This document shows positions 27,151 to 41,380 of a stretch of DNA of 64,000 nucleotides, piece by piece. Origin of the DNA: Isurus oxyrinchus (lineage: Eukaryota); contig JANJGN010000041.1 in NCBI GenBank assembly GCA_026770705.1, forward strand, positions 1,674,001 through 1,738,000. The letters run 5' to 3'. How positions within the stretch are numbered: position 1 is the stretch's first letter; each line of letters opens with the position of its first letter. The notes beneath the pieces were generated by a model. The model did no database searches. It was given only the letters and a program-made list of their open reading frames with translations, and had not been told where the DNA came from. A program made the translations under genes and the position numbers.

Positions 27151-27379
27151 CTGATTGCCACTATTGAAAGAAATGTGTATTTCTCCCTTGGGGCAGATAT
27201 TGTTCATTTGACCAGCATCAGCAAAACAGATTACCTGATTATTAACTGGCTGATGAATTTTCTTGCTTGAAGGATTAACGACAGCAACTCATTCTATCTT
27301 CAGAGCTCAGGGGCAGCCCAAGGACTGGAATGGTCCACAGGAATTTACCGAGTTCACATGTTCATTTTCTGCATTTTGC

Positions 27380-27675
27380 GTCATCACTGTCTCTCTATTT
27401 CTCATCTCTTTCTGTCGTTATCCTTTGTTCTCCGTATGCCCTCTAGCTCAGCCTCTCCTCCTTTCTGCTCCTCTCTCTCTCACATTCTTGCTCTGCATCT
27501 TCCTCGCTACGCTCTCTCCCTCTCCCTTCACTCACTTTCTATTTCTCTTTCATTTGATGATTCTATTTTGCTCTGTCTCGCTCCTTGTATGTTCCACCGT
27601 TTTTTTTTTTCTTTCTCGTTGCTCCATCTTATTCTCCAGCTTCCTTTCAAGCTGTATCTCTGTCTCTCTCTGTCC
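27380..27675. repeat. CT-rich low-complexity region
   Basis: Pyrimidine-rich degenerate (CT)n; explains the hydrophobic ORFs here. Confidence 0.85.
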
Positions 27676-28199
27676 CTATATTATCACCTGGACCGGATAG
27701 GTAAATATTTGTAATTTTAACACATTTTCTGTTTGTTAAATATTTGCCTCGAAACGGGACTGAACTGTCACAATTAGCTCTCCTCCCTGGCACCGTTCAA
27801 CAAGGTCCGTGGAATGAGCTGAATATAAAGCAGCAGCTCACTCACTCTCTGAGGGGGCAAAGCACAAACTACCAATGCTAACTATCATATTCAATCATTT
27901 TAATTTTACAATTACATATGGACGTTCTCTGAGCCGAATAAATATAAGCAGGTGAATATACGAACTCAAATATTTGATAATTAGAACGAGGCTATGAACG
28001 TTTTGTCATTCAGGGGACGTGAGTGTCGCTGCATCTGCCATCAGATTTTATTGTCAAGCACTATTTACCATTGAGAGTCTGTTGGTCAGCCTCCTTCCTG
28101 ACCACTGCAGTCCATATTATTTATGTACAACGGACGTGCTGTTCTGGAATGTGTATTCAAGGGCCTGGAAGATGTCCCTGGTGTTCAGCATCAGAAACT

Positions 28200-28485
28200 G
28201 TTTTATTCATCGTGTCCCATTCTCTATAGCTAGGCCCAGTGAGTTATTCACAATTTTATGAGTTCACGCAGAGATTCAGCCTCCTCCACCCCTTTAGTCC
28301 CTATGTACACTTCCCTCCACCAGCACACCGTCCTGAAATACCCCAATTTCCTTCCGCACACCGGTGCCTCATCTACTTCCGAAACTGTTCCCCATTTCCT
28401 TTCCAACCTGCACCGCTTTTCATTTCCTCTAACCAGACCCTCGACCGAAATGTTCTCTCACTGCTTCAGGTTAAATGAGCTAGTT
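28200..28485 (+). mobile_element. Old Penelope-like RT fragment
   Basis: GTCCCTATGTACACTTCCCTCCACCAG resembles SLYTSIPHQ and CTGCTTCAGGTTAAATGAGCTAGTT resembles LLRLxELV of Penelope RT. Confidence 0.45.
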
Positions 28486-28699
28486 GGACCGAATGGCCTA
28501 TTGTGACGAATTCACTACGAATGTCCCTATTACAAAGTACTCCAGTGGTGGGCATTGGCTGGAGACGAAAGTCAACTCATTTTTACAGGAGAGGGTAAAA
28601 ATGTTGAAGTTGTCCAAAATGCACTGTGTCTACAATTCTTTGCATGTTGACCAGCTGAGCTTTGGTTACCATGGATATTTGGAGCACTTTGCCAATTTG

Positions 28700-30870
28700 T
28701 TTAATATTTGCTTGTAACACGGATCTGACCAGGTTAGGCAGTTGCCATCCTGCCTGCCTGTATTGAACAAGGTGTGACGATCTGGAATTAATGACAAACC
28801 CCAGGATGGGATCCAGCTGCTCACTGCCAGTGTGTGTTGTCAATACACAGACCGCCCACTCTTGAGTCTCCTAATTTTGCTTTTTGCAATCGATACACAC
28901 GGCGGGCTGGTGCTATGCTAACTTTGACCAATGGACGACAGGCGGCTCAGGTACCGGTCACGATCATTTATTCGAGTAATTGCAAGGACAGCAGCATCTC
29001 TAGGCATCATGCACTAACATGCAGTCAAACTGCAATCATGCAGCGTATTTTATACATTGCTGATCCCGTACAAGAAGAATATTCAAATCCCCTTCTTGTC
29101 AGAATATATGTTATGTCATACATGCTCTTTGACACCGGCAGGCAACTCACCCCTATCCTGGCTGGGACCAACTTTAGTTTCCTTTTCGGTTGAAAGGATC
29201 ACTTCATCTATGTTGTTGTCAGCCTCTGCCTCCAATCAGGATCCCAAAGCCTTATTGTTCTTTGCAGGCTCTAAGACTTTGCAATATTCACCTGGTAACT
29301 TTAACTGTTAATGTGCTAGATAGCACCGGATGCATGACGTGTTCAAATAATCATTCACTTTCAATACATTCTTCCTGCATGACCCCTAAGAGTCACCAAT
29401 ACTGGGTCGTTGCCTAGCCCGGATTCGACAAATACTTTTGTACTGTCCGTCCCTTTACGTACTAACACACATTGATACTGGCCAGTTATACAGCTTTGCA
29501 TTAAAAATTTTGACGGTCAGGTCGGCTGTATCATCTGGTCCTTCACTTGAGGCCTCAGATTTGGTAAACTTCTTCTCCCCCTTTTACATGCCTCCAGCTC
29601 CTCTTCTGTGACCCTCAGTCATGATGAATCAGGTAGGTAAAATATATAATAGTTATCAGCTGAATCAGAACCAGTGAATGGGAAATAATCCAAATACACG
29701 GGTGCATTTGTACATTGGAGCCTCAATTCCACCGTCACGGTGAGGAGGAATCTACCTGCTCGATATCCTCTTTTGACACTCTAACCTGTTTACAGTAAGT
29801 TCAATACATCTGCAGAGCTTGTCTCCGAATCGGGGTTAGGTGCTCTGGCAGTTAATATATTATCATATGAGAACTGATTCAAATACCGTACCAGGTTATC
29901 GTTATGGCTTTCCATGACCTGGGTATTAGTCCATCCTCTCTTGTATATTTAGAGCAGTTGTACATTTCCCAGGCTTGCCGGCACCTGCGGGTATAGGGAC
30001 AACAATTGATTATGGATGGATCACATCAAGTTGCCCCAATACTGGATCATTTGCTGCCACGCAGTGATACAATAACTCCTATTCCCCATGTATGCAACAT
30101 GGGTCGGTTTTTTTGCAGCCCATGCAGTTTCCATTATACAATTTGCTGCTGCTTTGAATCCACACTTTGTTTCTTCCATCTCATGTATTGCATGAGTACA
30201 TACAAATGCTGTGCTCTCGAAACCGCGCCCTTCTAATATTGTGTTAACTATATTCCATTGTATGTCAAATGCTTATGGCAGAATGTCATGTTGCCTAACA
30301 TAATAGTTTCCCCACATCACCCCAACATTTTCGGCTCAATAAAATGTTCTGCTGGGTGTTGACATAAGTATAACAGGTATCACTAAGTCAATGCCAATTA
30401 GCATGTTACAATTCACAATGCATTCAACATTCTTTCTACTACACGTGTTAAACCTCTGAGCTGGCAATCAGCCAAGTCATGATTTCTATGTCGTGGACGG
30501 TTAAATAAAAGTTCATTGGTTGCCCATGAAGCAACTGCATCTTCATTAATCTCTTAAATTCAGTCGGGCTTGTTCCAGTGTAGAAGGTCCATTGGTCCTG
30601 CAGACATAACTACTGTTCGCTTAATCTGAAATATGTATTCCTATACTGTTAAATTTATTGATAGACCGCGCATAACCTTCGAGCAAGTTAGCCATGTTAT
30701 GAAATAACTGTTTCATGTCATGGCCTGTATTAAATTGGATGTCGTGAAATCCATGTCCCCGCTTAAAATTTCCTTAAGCTGGGAGATCAAGGATTGGACA
30801 ATTTTGTCAACAGTTTACAGGTCAGTGGACTTAACACAGAAGCTTCCCCACTGAAGCATTCTGAAGTTTC
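28700..30870 (-). mobile_element. Possible highly decayed Gypsy-type LTR retrotransposon internal region
   Basis: Minus strand gives a CMGCKKPTHVA zinc-knuckle-like motif (~30100), LxLEQA gag-like motif (~30575), (W)VPARI...PVS (~29150) and RLKSGRSV (~28860) in gag-to-integrase order. Confidence 0.35.
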
Positions 30871-30879
30871 TATCCATTT

Positions 30880-32230
30880 GAGTAATAAGGCGGTATTATT
30901 CTTCCAACCAAAATGCATAAACTCACAATTCTCCATGTTAAACAACATCTAGCAAATGTTGTCCCATTCACCTTACTTGTCCATATCCATTTGTAAATAT
31001 CTTATATCTTCATTACAACTTATTCCCCACCTATTTTGGAATTATCTGTAATTTTAGCTATTGTACATTCTATCCCTCAACCAAAGTCATTCATAACGAG
31101 TATAAATAGTTGGGCCCTAGGACTGAACCTATTGGAAACCCAGTAATTACAGCTGGTGTTCGGGAAAAAAAGAACCATTTACCCAGACTCCTTTCTTTCT
31201 GTTGGTTAGCCAATCCTCTCTCCAAGCTAATATAATACCCATGACTCCATGTGATGTACCTTGTGATTTAATCTTTTCTGCAGCTTCTTTTCAAACGCCT
31301 TCTGCAGTGCAGAAATACAACATCCACAGTATCTCCATTATCCACTTTGTTTGTCACATGTTCCAAAAACTGTAGCAAATTACCAAAACACGAGTTATTT
31401 TCATAAAAAAATGCTGACTCTGTTGGATTTTATTTCGACGTTCCAAATGCCCCGTTAGTAATTCCTTAATAACTGTTTCCAACAATTTCTAAATGATAGA
31501 TATTAAACTGGTTTAGAGTTTCCTAATTTCTGCCTCCCCCAATCCTTCTGAATAAGGTTATTATATTAATATTGTTCCAATCCAGTGCAACCTTTTTGGA
31601 ATTTAGGGAATTTTGGAATGTAATTACCAATGCATTCACTATTTCTGCTGCCACATCCTTTACGACTATTGGATTTACGTCAACAGGTCCTGGGGACTTG
31701 TCACCCTTTAATCCAAAATGTTTGCTCAGTACGTTTTCTCTAGTTATGGTCATTGTTCTAGGTTCCTCCATCTCTATACCCTCTGCTCTGCCTGTTACGA
31801 TTGGTGTGGCAGTAGTTTCCTCCGCCGTGAAAATTGAGGCAATATATTGAGACTAAACATATAGTGCCATTTCTATGTTCCCCACTGTTAACTCTCCAGT
31901 CCGATCATCCAAGTGACCAACATTAGTGTTTGCTACACTATTTATTTTTATATACTTTTGGAAGAATTTGATATCACTTTTTTTAATTTTGCGCTAGTTT
32001 ACTTTCATAATTTTCCTTTGTTATTTTTATTAACTCTTTGTTCGTCTTTATAATGTTCCAAATCTTCCTGCTTGTCACTGACCTTTTCCATTTGGGATGC
32101 CTTAATTTTGGATTTTGTGTTGCCTTTAACTTCTTTGCTTAGCCCTGAGCTCTTACCATCATTCTTCCTCATTGGAACGATTGTTCTCTTTATTTTTGCG
32201 ATTTGGCCAAGGCATTTTTGATAATGGTAT
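30880..32230 (-). mobile_element. CR1 LINE ORF2 RT region, decayed
   Basis: KGDKSPGPVDVNPIVVKDVAAEIVNALVITFQNSLNSKKVALDWNNINIITLF is a typical CR1 RT N-terminal segment. Confidence 0.88.
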
Positions 32231-32689
32231 TTGCACACATTTTTGTGACTGAATGTGCTGTCCAGGTTGGTTATTGTTTTACATAATTAGTCTGATCGTT
32301 TTAAACCGAGTAGGAATGAAATGTACCCTTGGCTCCTGCTATGCTGAATCAGTTTTGATTTTTTTTCCCCAATGTTTTTCTCTTCCCGGTAAATTAGTGA
32401 TGCTTTTGTTCCTGACACGAAGAAATTGTTATCCCTCAAATTGTACTATTTGCTACCAGAATTGAATGGCAGATACCGAATTCCTGGACGTCATATATGT
32501 TCCGAAATTAAGGGGAATTTGTCAGGCGAAATTCCCAGATTTATTTGTGTGCAATATTGGCATTCATTGTGTTTCTCTCTTTCTGTTTAAATAACAATCA
32601 AATTTTTTTGCATCACGGTCGCATTTATCAATGATCCGTCAGCGGATATTTGTTGCAACAAGCATTTCTACCCTTCATGTTCTTAACTT

Positions 32690-32950
32690 TCTATCTATCT
32701 ATCCATTTATCTATCTATCTATGTATTTATCTATCTATCTATCTTCTCCATATCTATCAACCTATCCATCCATTTCACTCTCATACTCTCTTGCTCTTTC
32801 ATTCACACGCTCCATTTCTTGCTCGTTCTGTCTCGCTCTCTCTCTCTCTCCCGCGTACAACTCTCTTTTCTAATCAGTGTATCCAGTTGGATATCTGTCT
32901 ATCTGTGCATCTATATGTCTGCCTATCTGTCTGTCGGTCTGCCTGTCTAA
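32690..32950. repeat. (TCTA)n/(TCTG)n/(CT)n compound microsatellite
   Basis: Seen directly. Confidence 0.85.
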
Positions 32951-33399
32951 CTATCATGATGATTGATTCTCCCGGGACTTCACCACGTGAGTACGTGGCA
33001 AAAAAAAAGTGGCAGTCTGTTATCACTTGTGACATTAGATCAAGTCAATATTTGCACAATCGATTGCCAAATGCTGCATACAATGCCCGTTCAAGTGGAA
33101 TTAATTAACTTTGCACTCTCTTCCTTGTCTTTAGGTCGCTTGACTCAGTTCTCCACAAATTCCTAAATCATTGGATGATTCCTCTATTTGGTTGTGCCAA
33201 AAGTTTTCTTATTTCGTTCAGAATCATGTTTTCAAATATATCCTTTCCTGTGGCGGGGATGTTGTTAGATGGACCACAAGTTATTGCCAGAACCAAATTG
33301 CCCTTGAAAAGGCGGAGGTGCCCTACATTCCAGAAATTGTATATTTCATCTGATTGACGTCAGTGGCATTCCCTCAGTACCTAGAAAAAAGTTCGTCAG

Positions 33400-34870
33400 G
33401 CTCAGTTTGAATTCAGATGACTGAGGAGTCCCATTCTGGAGCTAGATGTTCTTGATAAAGACGGGCACGTTTTTTTGTGCTGAAGAGTTGAAATCAAAGG
33501 CCAAGGTTGGTTCAGCTCTCCATGCTGTGCCTTGGCCGTTCCACCACTCTTGAGCCGCTGAGACTCGAAGCGGTTTTCGATTTGATGCACTGGATGATTC
33601 AGGCCGAGTGATCAGCAGCATTCTCCTCCCGCCCCCGGTTTTAAGACATCCGTGCATTAGGAAAAACTGGAGATTATACAAACAACGTTCTCTTTGGTCG
33701 CCCTTTGGACGAGGACTGCTAAGTGGTAGATGCAGGTATGGAAACGCAACCCTTTCCTGAAACATGTGCCCTACAACCGCCAGATGTCTGCTGCATTTGT
33801 ACAGGAATTTGGCTGGGTGCCTATAGGCATCAGAGCCTTGCCAAGTCCCCAATCCTCCATGCCGACAGGGCTTTTCACCTGAAGCATGGTTGTAAACCCA
33901 TATGTTAGTACCACGATTCTGGTGTGCCGTGTCTATGCTTCAAACGATGCAGGCACACCGGGATGCTTTTAGCAATGTAGTGTCAGGGTCCCATGTGCTG
34001 GGATCCAACTTGCAATCTCTGAGCTTAGTTTTCAGATTTCAGACATCCTCTAGTGGAGCTTCCTGTGCTCACCGAGTGTGGCGTGTTTGTACGTACGCAT
34101 TTTCCAGATGAACAGCATGACCTAGCCAGGGAACCGGGGCTCTAATGAACATCCTTTTGATGTCAGGCTTGCTGCACTTTGCAAGTTCATTGGTTTTGCG
34201 GATTTTCTCCTACCAGGAACCGTTGGAAATTCTTCACAGACAGTGATGTTTGAAAATGTTCATTAGCTTTCTATGTGGCCGAAAGTTTATGCAAGTCTCG
34301 CAATAATATAGAAGTGATATAATAAAAACTGCCTGGAAGGGCTTGATCTTCCATCTGAGGGAAGATTCCATGTTCTCTTTGCCGAAGTCAGTGAGTGAAT
34401 GCTGTCAAGTGCCGAGCTTGTTTTTGTCTGTTGGTGGGTAATTTGCCCATCCAGTTAGTGGCCTTGGAGTCCATGTGGCCAAGTGAGCAAAACGTGCGTA
34501 ATGAACAAAGTGGTGCATTGTTCAAAGCGGCTGTGGTATCTTGGAGCACGTGACCAGCAACGGTTTAATGCAGTATCTCTATCCTTAGTTATATTGTCAA
34601 ACGAAAACATTCTGTGTTTCCCGCAACGCCCTGAGCACACAGCTGAATGTCTCTGGATACTGACGTATGTGAGCGCATTTTTCCACGAATACGACTTCCC
34701 TCTGTAGCTGCCCAGCAGCCTCTGTGCAAGGTTTTATTCTTGGCTCATGCAAAAGGCTGCCGGTGGTCCTGAAATGAATCGATAATACTTTGTCAAGTTG
34801 TTTGAGTGCATGCTTGGACAAAGACCTACAAATATATGACAAACAGAGCTGGAGATATTAAACAGCATTA
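33400..34870 (-). mobile_element. Old RTE-clade LINE 3' part
   Basis: Minus strand gives WLGHAVHLE near 34120, resembling the RTE motif LRWxGHVxRM; heavily mutated. Confidence 0.5.
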
Positions 34871-36379
34871 GTTGGCACTGCAAGTGATATGCAAAGGGTT
34901 CACACAGACCAAACAGTTTGTATCCCTCTCTTCATGACGCCTTCATCATAGAACGAATGACACTGACCATCTGTTCAGTGCTGTCGCATATTCCTGGCTG
35001 TATTGGATAGTTTATTGACCAAGAAGGGAGTCTAGGTTGTGTTTTGTGAGGGAGTTGGACGAGGGGGCGGATATACGGCGCTGGTTGGGGAAGAACAGGC
35101 AGGAGAGCGGGTCTGAGGACACAATCAGAAAAACCATGATCTTTCCGAATTACAGGACAGGCTCAAGGGGCTAAATGACCTACTGAACTTTACTATTCTG
35201 TTTTTGGTGATTGGTTGAAATGCAGCCCACACCAAAGGTGGAGGAGCCATCGATTTTGGTTCATTGTAATCAGTGTATCTATCTTCTAATGATTGTCTGC
35301 AGACTAGATTTGAGGGCCAAGACTAAAATGTTCAGCGTGGAATGCCGTCCCAGCGATGCACTCTATATATCCGATTGTTTTATTCAAGTAATTGTTTTTC
35401 ATTCAGTTGAATCATCACTCTGGTTGGACTATGTGAGTGGGTGAGCAGGAGGATTGGATGACTCGGTCAATTGTTACTGGGGCTGTATGGGGTCGGAATG
35501 CCTTGAAAGCATTATGTTGAAATATTTTGTTTGAGAAAACACAGGCCTTCTCCATACAGTATTTATTGAACATCAAGTCACCACCAACACCAAACTTCCA
35601 GGTTGAACGTTTGCGGTTATAATTTCCAGGCAGAATGGTGTAAAATTATGTGCAATAGAAAAGAATTTCCGTCAAGTCACTGACGGAAGTGTCAGTGCTA
35701 GAGGAATCCATGGAATGATCTGGGAAGCGTATGAGTTGCCTCTGGAAGCTTAAATGTCACAGACAAACATCACACATGTGCCCTGTTGGAACATAAAATG
35801 TGTCCCAAAAAACATGACAGTGGTGAACATTTGAAATTTCCCGCACTACCTCTCCTGACAGTTGAGGCGGATTGAGTTTCCTCGAATCATTTTGAGCAAC
35901 ATTAGTAAAGATTAGATTTCCAACATCCCTCCGTGGGTCAAGCATTTCCCACCGTGATTATCCACTATGGGATCTACCAGCTGCTCGTTAGAATATAGCC
36001 CCTTCAATTGTATTGACCACAAACATCATTCGAATGTTCGATGTTTCATTTCGAAACCGTTCCTTTTTGAAACAGAGCGACTGACGTAACCTGTTTGTTC
36101 AGTGACTAAAACTAATTGATTTCTTTAGGGGACATGAATGCTGTAATGGGGATTGATCTGCTGCTTATATAACAGTTTCGCTGAATGTCAAATTTCATGT
36201 TTTGCAACAGGCTCGGTGTATCTGTTTCAACGTGAGTTAGCTCCTCTCACAGTGAATATAATTTGTTGTACTTCATAAGATACGATCCATTTTCAAAACC
36301 ATACTCGAAGCTGTCATTTTCCGATGTACGTTTATGAACATGCTCTCGGACTAACAATATCAATTTCTGTCCTTCTTTC

Positions 36380-36670
36380 GATTCATAGATGAGGGAAATG
36401 CAGGCATGGCGAGCATTTATTGCCCATCTAATTCAACTTGTGAAGTGGGTGGTGAGCTGCTGCAATCTTTGTGGTGTAGTTACATCCACAGTACTATTAG
36501 GGGGAAATCCATTAATTTGCCAAAGAGACAATGAAGGAACGGCGATATTTTCCCGAATCAGGATGATGAGTGGCTTGGAGAGGAACATTCAGCGACAGGT
36601 GTCCGCATGACCATGCTGACTTTGTCTTTCTAAATGGTAGCGGCCATGGGTTTGATTAGTTAACTAAAGG
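36380..36670 (-). mobile_element. Family-B LINE/SINE 3'-end fragment
   Basis: GCATTTATTGCCCATCTAATT...GTGAAGTGGGTGGTGAGCTGC, same terminus as at ~21620. Confidence 0.65.
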
Positions 36671-36915
36671 GCTTCATATTGAGTAAAGGTAACAGCTGTT
36701 CTCTGTCCCCTGCCAGGAATGATGTCATGCTAGTTTTTCCCTGATGCTCTAGAATAATTAATGTGACATCTCCTTCCGAAGCTCCTAGTTTTTAAAGTGT
36801 TTCTCCTGTTTTCCTGAGATAAAACTTAAAGAAGAAGAGGATTTTTACGTTTCAGCTCACACGTTTATTTCTTCTTGTGCACCCATCTCTGTAGGAAAGA
36901 CATCTCCTTAAAAAG

Positions 36916-36985
36916 ATGGGTGAACTGATACTTCACCAGCTAGAAGCCATTTATTATCCTATTCTCGCGGCTATTGGGGTTCCTG
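36916..36985 (+). CDS. Coding exon 1 of GPR139-like class A GPCR (MGELILHQLEAIYYPILAAIGVP + 1 nt)
   Basis: ATG in strong Kozak context (AAGATGG); encodes first half of TM1 (YYPILAAIGVP); ends at canonical donor CTG|GTAAG in phase 1, which joins in frame to the acceptor at 45284. Confidence 0.88.
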
Positions 36986-38109
36986 GTAAGAGCTTTAATG
37001 CAATCATTACCCGTATAAATGCATGTTGACGTTCTTCTCAAGTGCTGGTTCTGATAACATGGAATCGTTTCTTTACAGTTGGGGACTCATGAAAGCAGGG
37101 ATGTAAGTTTAAACATAACTTTAAAAGATTTCTTACTGTTGCTGTATCTTTCACTCAGGCGTCTCCACTGCCAACACCTTATTCATGCTTTACGGAATGT
37201 CTTGTAACAGAGTGGGCTCTACAATAGATATCATAATCAAGTGCAAACCGAGTTTGAACTAGTAGAAAACCCAATCTGTGAAAATCTGTGCAGAGGCAAT
37301 TTATCATTCTGCAAGTTCCTGCGTGAAATACTTGAATGCTTTGCTAATGCTATTCATCCATTTCCCAATAGTTAAAGGAACAGGATCACTGTCAAATCGC
37401 ATACTTATTGCCACAGCGATACTTTTACAAATCTGGATGTAGAGAGGATATCTGGAAGTCTGGGTGAAACAGATTCCGTTTTTGCAGAAGACATTTGGAT
37501 GTTTTAGTAACCTGTCTATTGAAATGCATGTATTTCTAGAACCTCCTTTATCGAACTTAATGAATGTATATGAAGTGCAGTCAACGAAGTGACGCAAAAG
37601 GTGACAGGCAATTTCTGGTGGAGAAGCTTCTACAGGCAGCAAGTTTACAATGAACTTATTATCCGTTTTGTGGGCTTTGGCCGAGGTTCAAATAGTGCTC
37701 AGGACACAAGGGGCTACGACAATGTCGTTCTTCGAAATAGGGGCATGGAAACTTTGAAAATAACTGCGAATCGATTAGTCATGTGTTACGAAAGTTATTA
37801 TAACCCATAGTGCAGAACTACTTCACTACAGCAATGGAGCATTAGCAGGGAATTTTCAGTGAGGGTGCTAACTGAGATATACGTGGTCAGATTTTGGAAA
37901 CCCTATGCACCCTGAGTAGTAATCTGGTTATCATTAATATGCTCATTTCAATTTCTAGCCCTCCACTTCCTGTTGTTGAAAACCCTGCTTCCAAATCTAA
38001 CTAATTTACATTGAGGATTAGTGTAAATTGATATTAAGCATTGCCGGAATCCCCTGTGGCTTTGGCAAACTCACATTGCCATGTTACATGGTGGCGCTGA
38101 CAGAGGGAC

Positions 38110-38700
38110 ATTGGAGCATAGGAAATACGAGTAAGAGTTGACCATTTGGCCGCACGACGGTGCTCCACTACTCAATTATATCATCGCTTAAATTATGCCT
38201 CCACAACATTCCTCGCACTATCTCATATCTTTGGACGCATTTACTATTGCGAAATCAGTTCATTGACACGTTCAACATACTCAATGACTGCCAATCCACG
38301 GAGGTTGCAGTACATAATTTCGAAAATTTACCCCTCCCTGAGTGATGAATTCTTCCTAAGACCAGTTCTAAATGCAGACCTCTTATTCTGATATTGCTTT
38401 TCAGGCTTTTAGGCACCCCCAACAGGGGAACAATCCATGCAAATCTACACCAACGAAATTTATAAGAACGATGGATGCTTCAGTGAGATCAATTTTCATG
38501 TGCCAATGCTCCAGAAAGCAGAAGATGAGTCTCGTCAATGTCTCCACATAGGACAATCCCAGCGACCTTAATGTAATCCAAGTGGTAATGTGTTGAACAT
38601 TCCTTGTCGCAGAGCTACAACAGCAACTAATGAAATCCACACAAAAGGGGCAAAGTAGATGCTTTACTGGAAGCACGAACATCAGCATAAACATTCCACA
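38110..38700 (-). mobile_element. CR1 LINE 3' end (intronic)
   Basis: CATAGGAAATACGAGTAAGAGTTGACCATTTGGCC terminal motif; CCCTCCCTGAGTGATGAATTCTTCCT is the reverse of RKNSSLR/RNFFSQR. Confidence 0.7.
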
Positions 38701-39529
38701 TGAATATTGCAGATTTGGGTAATCGCTGGCTTGGGGTTACTAATTATTCTTGTGCACACATCAACTAACGCTGATGGTCCACAGTGCCTCGTGAATGCCC
38801 TGTTTTGAGCGGTTTATCAAGGTGAATTGTACGCCATTTAGCACAATGATTGTCTCACAAAATACAATCGAGAAAAGCCCTGATGTGAAGGCGGAATTTG
38901 TCTGAACAAGTACCGTGCGGCGGTTATTCCTATTAATCCTTTAATGAACAGATGCACCTGTGGTGGGTAGGTTGGTGGACCGAATTTACATAGAGTTTTG
39001 CACCTGCGTTGTTCCCTGATCACCTACCAAAGACCCAGCCTAGCAGTTACATTTATGGATTGGCCAGCTCGAAAATTAATGGCTCAACCGATCCTCTCTT
39101 GCTCACAGACATCGAGGTCCGCATTGTGAAGCATTTTTCTTTCCCTGTCATTCCCCAAAAGATCATCGATCCATCCACTAAGGGGAAAGAGAGGTGGTCA
39201 GCAGGAGGGGATATTCTTTGCCCATGTGTTTCATGATGTCATGAGATTTCATTTAAATACCACGTGCTCTCAAGGATATGAAAAGTGATGCACACTGTAA
39301 GTGTAGCAAAATGGTATTTAGGAATCAGTAATACAATTGAGCAATACCGAGAAATTCCCATGATATTTCACCGTTTAGATCAGACAATTTCACTCAGATG
39401 TTTGCTGATGATTCATATGAACTTTAAAAGCTTTAAGAGGAATTACTCAGCTAAGGATAAACATCTTGAATCATTAAATCTACGGAATGATTGCAAATCA
39501 AACTGTCTGCTTTGTCTTGGAATAAGTCA

Positions 39530-41380
39530 ATATTGTTGAATTATATTAGAGCGTAAATCATCCAGACAGGTGTAGCATATTCCATCATACTCCTGATTTG
39601 ACTATTTAAATGAAGGAAAGGTTTTGGAAAGTCACGGGGTGCGTTGCTCACAACAGCATTCTCAGATTCTGACCTGCCCTTCTAGTCACAGTTTCTTGTC
39701 AATGGTTTGTCCAAGGTTGGTGAAATTGGATTCTTAAGCGATGGTGATGTCATTAAAACTCAAGGACATTTTGAGGGATACTCCTTCGGTTCAGTTGGTC
39801 ATTGCCTGTCAATTTTGTGGGATGCAAATTACCTGTCGAATTTCAGCATGAGTATGGCTATTGCCCAGGTATGGATGGACATGGGCATGGATGTTATTAG
39901 CATAAGTTGTGTCGCGAATGGCGCTGAACTTTGAACAATTGTCAGCGGACACAACCTTCTCCCAGTAGCCCACACCCTACCCACCACACCAAACCTCTTT
40001 CTGTGTTTTAAATGGAAATAATTTCATTGATGCAGCAGCTTAAGATGGCTGCGCTCAGAGCACTGCCCTCAGGCTCTCGTCAAGTTATGTAATGGGAAAC
40101 AAAGAATAAAGAAAAAAAAATCCTTTTCACTTGATATGACTTCAAGCACTGGGGACTTTGCTCCTTTTTCTTATTGACTAAAATTCTGATAGCCCTCCTT
40201 GACACCATAGTGTGATAGCTGTTGTCTTGATATAAAACACTGCTCCTCTCTTCTCACCTTATGAGTACAGCACTTTTGAACATGTTTCAACCAAGGTTGA
40301 ACCGAGAGTTGGAGTTCACACGAAGCAAGAAGTGAGCGTCAGTGAGCAGTTTACTGTGAGTACCTGGCGATTGAAAGCATTGTCCATGATACTTTTCATC
40401 ACTTTGATCATGATGAAGTGTAGGCAGACGGTGCTGTAATTAGATTGCTTGGATTTGGCGTGTGTTTTTGTGGATAGGCATATCTGTGAAAATGCTGACA
40501 TTTTTGCATCGATGCCAGTATTTTAGATGCACCATACGAGCTTCGATAAAGTAGTCTTATTCAGGAGCACTGATCCCCCATACTATTGGCATTGTCTAAA
40601 ATTACCCTTAGCCTCTGCATCATCCAGATCCTTCTGTCATTCCTTAAATTCGAGTGCTGAGAATCACATTGTATTACGCCTGGCATCTGTGCTGCTTTTT
40701 ATCCAATGGAGGAGGCTGGGATGGTTCATCCACCCGTCACTTCAGGGTGAATGTGGCTGCAAATTCTTCAGCCATGTATATGCACTGGTGCACAGTGCTA
40801 CACAGTCATTTCCGATGGGGATATTGGTGGTGATCCGTCCACCAGTGAGTTGCAGAATTTTCCACCGCCATTCAAGGCGACTGTGACTTGACTTCAGAGC
40901 AAGCTATCGTTACTTGGTTGGGCGATCAATGAGCCCTGCTTTTCTGATGCTGAATACGCTGTTTTGCCTGCAAGTAGCCTTATCTCAAAATTCAGCAGGT
41001 GAAGCCGTGTTGTTAGGAATGGTCACTGTTGCTGTGGACATATGACAGATGTCGACAAAGTTCCTTCATTTGTGCACTTGACCTCGAAAGCATGGAAGGA
41101 CAACAGCAGAAGAGGCATGGGAACACTCTTAATTACAAAGTCCTTTCCATGTCTTGCACCAAGTGGACTTGGAGATGTATCACCATTCCTTGACTGTCAC
41201 TGGATCAAAAACCTGGAAATCCATCACTCGTAGCATTTTGTCTGCACCCGCTTCATATGGACTCCAAAGCTAGAAACACCTTATTTTCAAGAAGAATAAT
41301 TGAAAACAGAAATAAAATTACTAATCTTGTCAATATATCCAAAGAAAAAAAAATCCATGATGAACGAGTTATGAAGAGTG
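39530..41380. mobile_element. Family-B CR1-clade LINE fragments (intronic; mostly minus, with a plus-strand 3' end at ~41080-41380)
   Basis: Similarity to other family-B copies, e.g. CAGATTCTGACCTGCCCTTCTAGTCACAGT and CTTTTCATCACTTTGATCATGATG. Confidence 0.6.

Noticed and set aside
27263-27714. Hydrophobic 118-145-aa ORFs as membrane proteins
   Set aside because: CT-rich low-complexity DNA; same for the ORFs at 17636-18024 and 32631-33108
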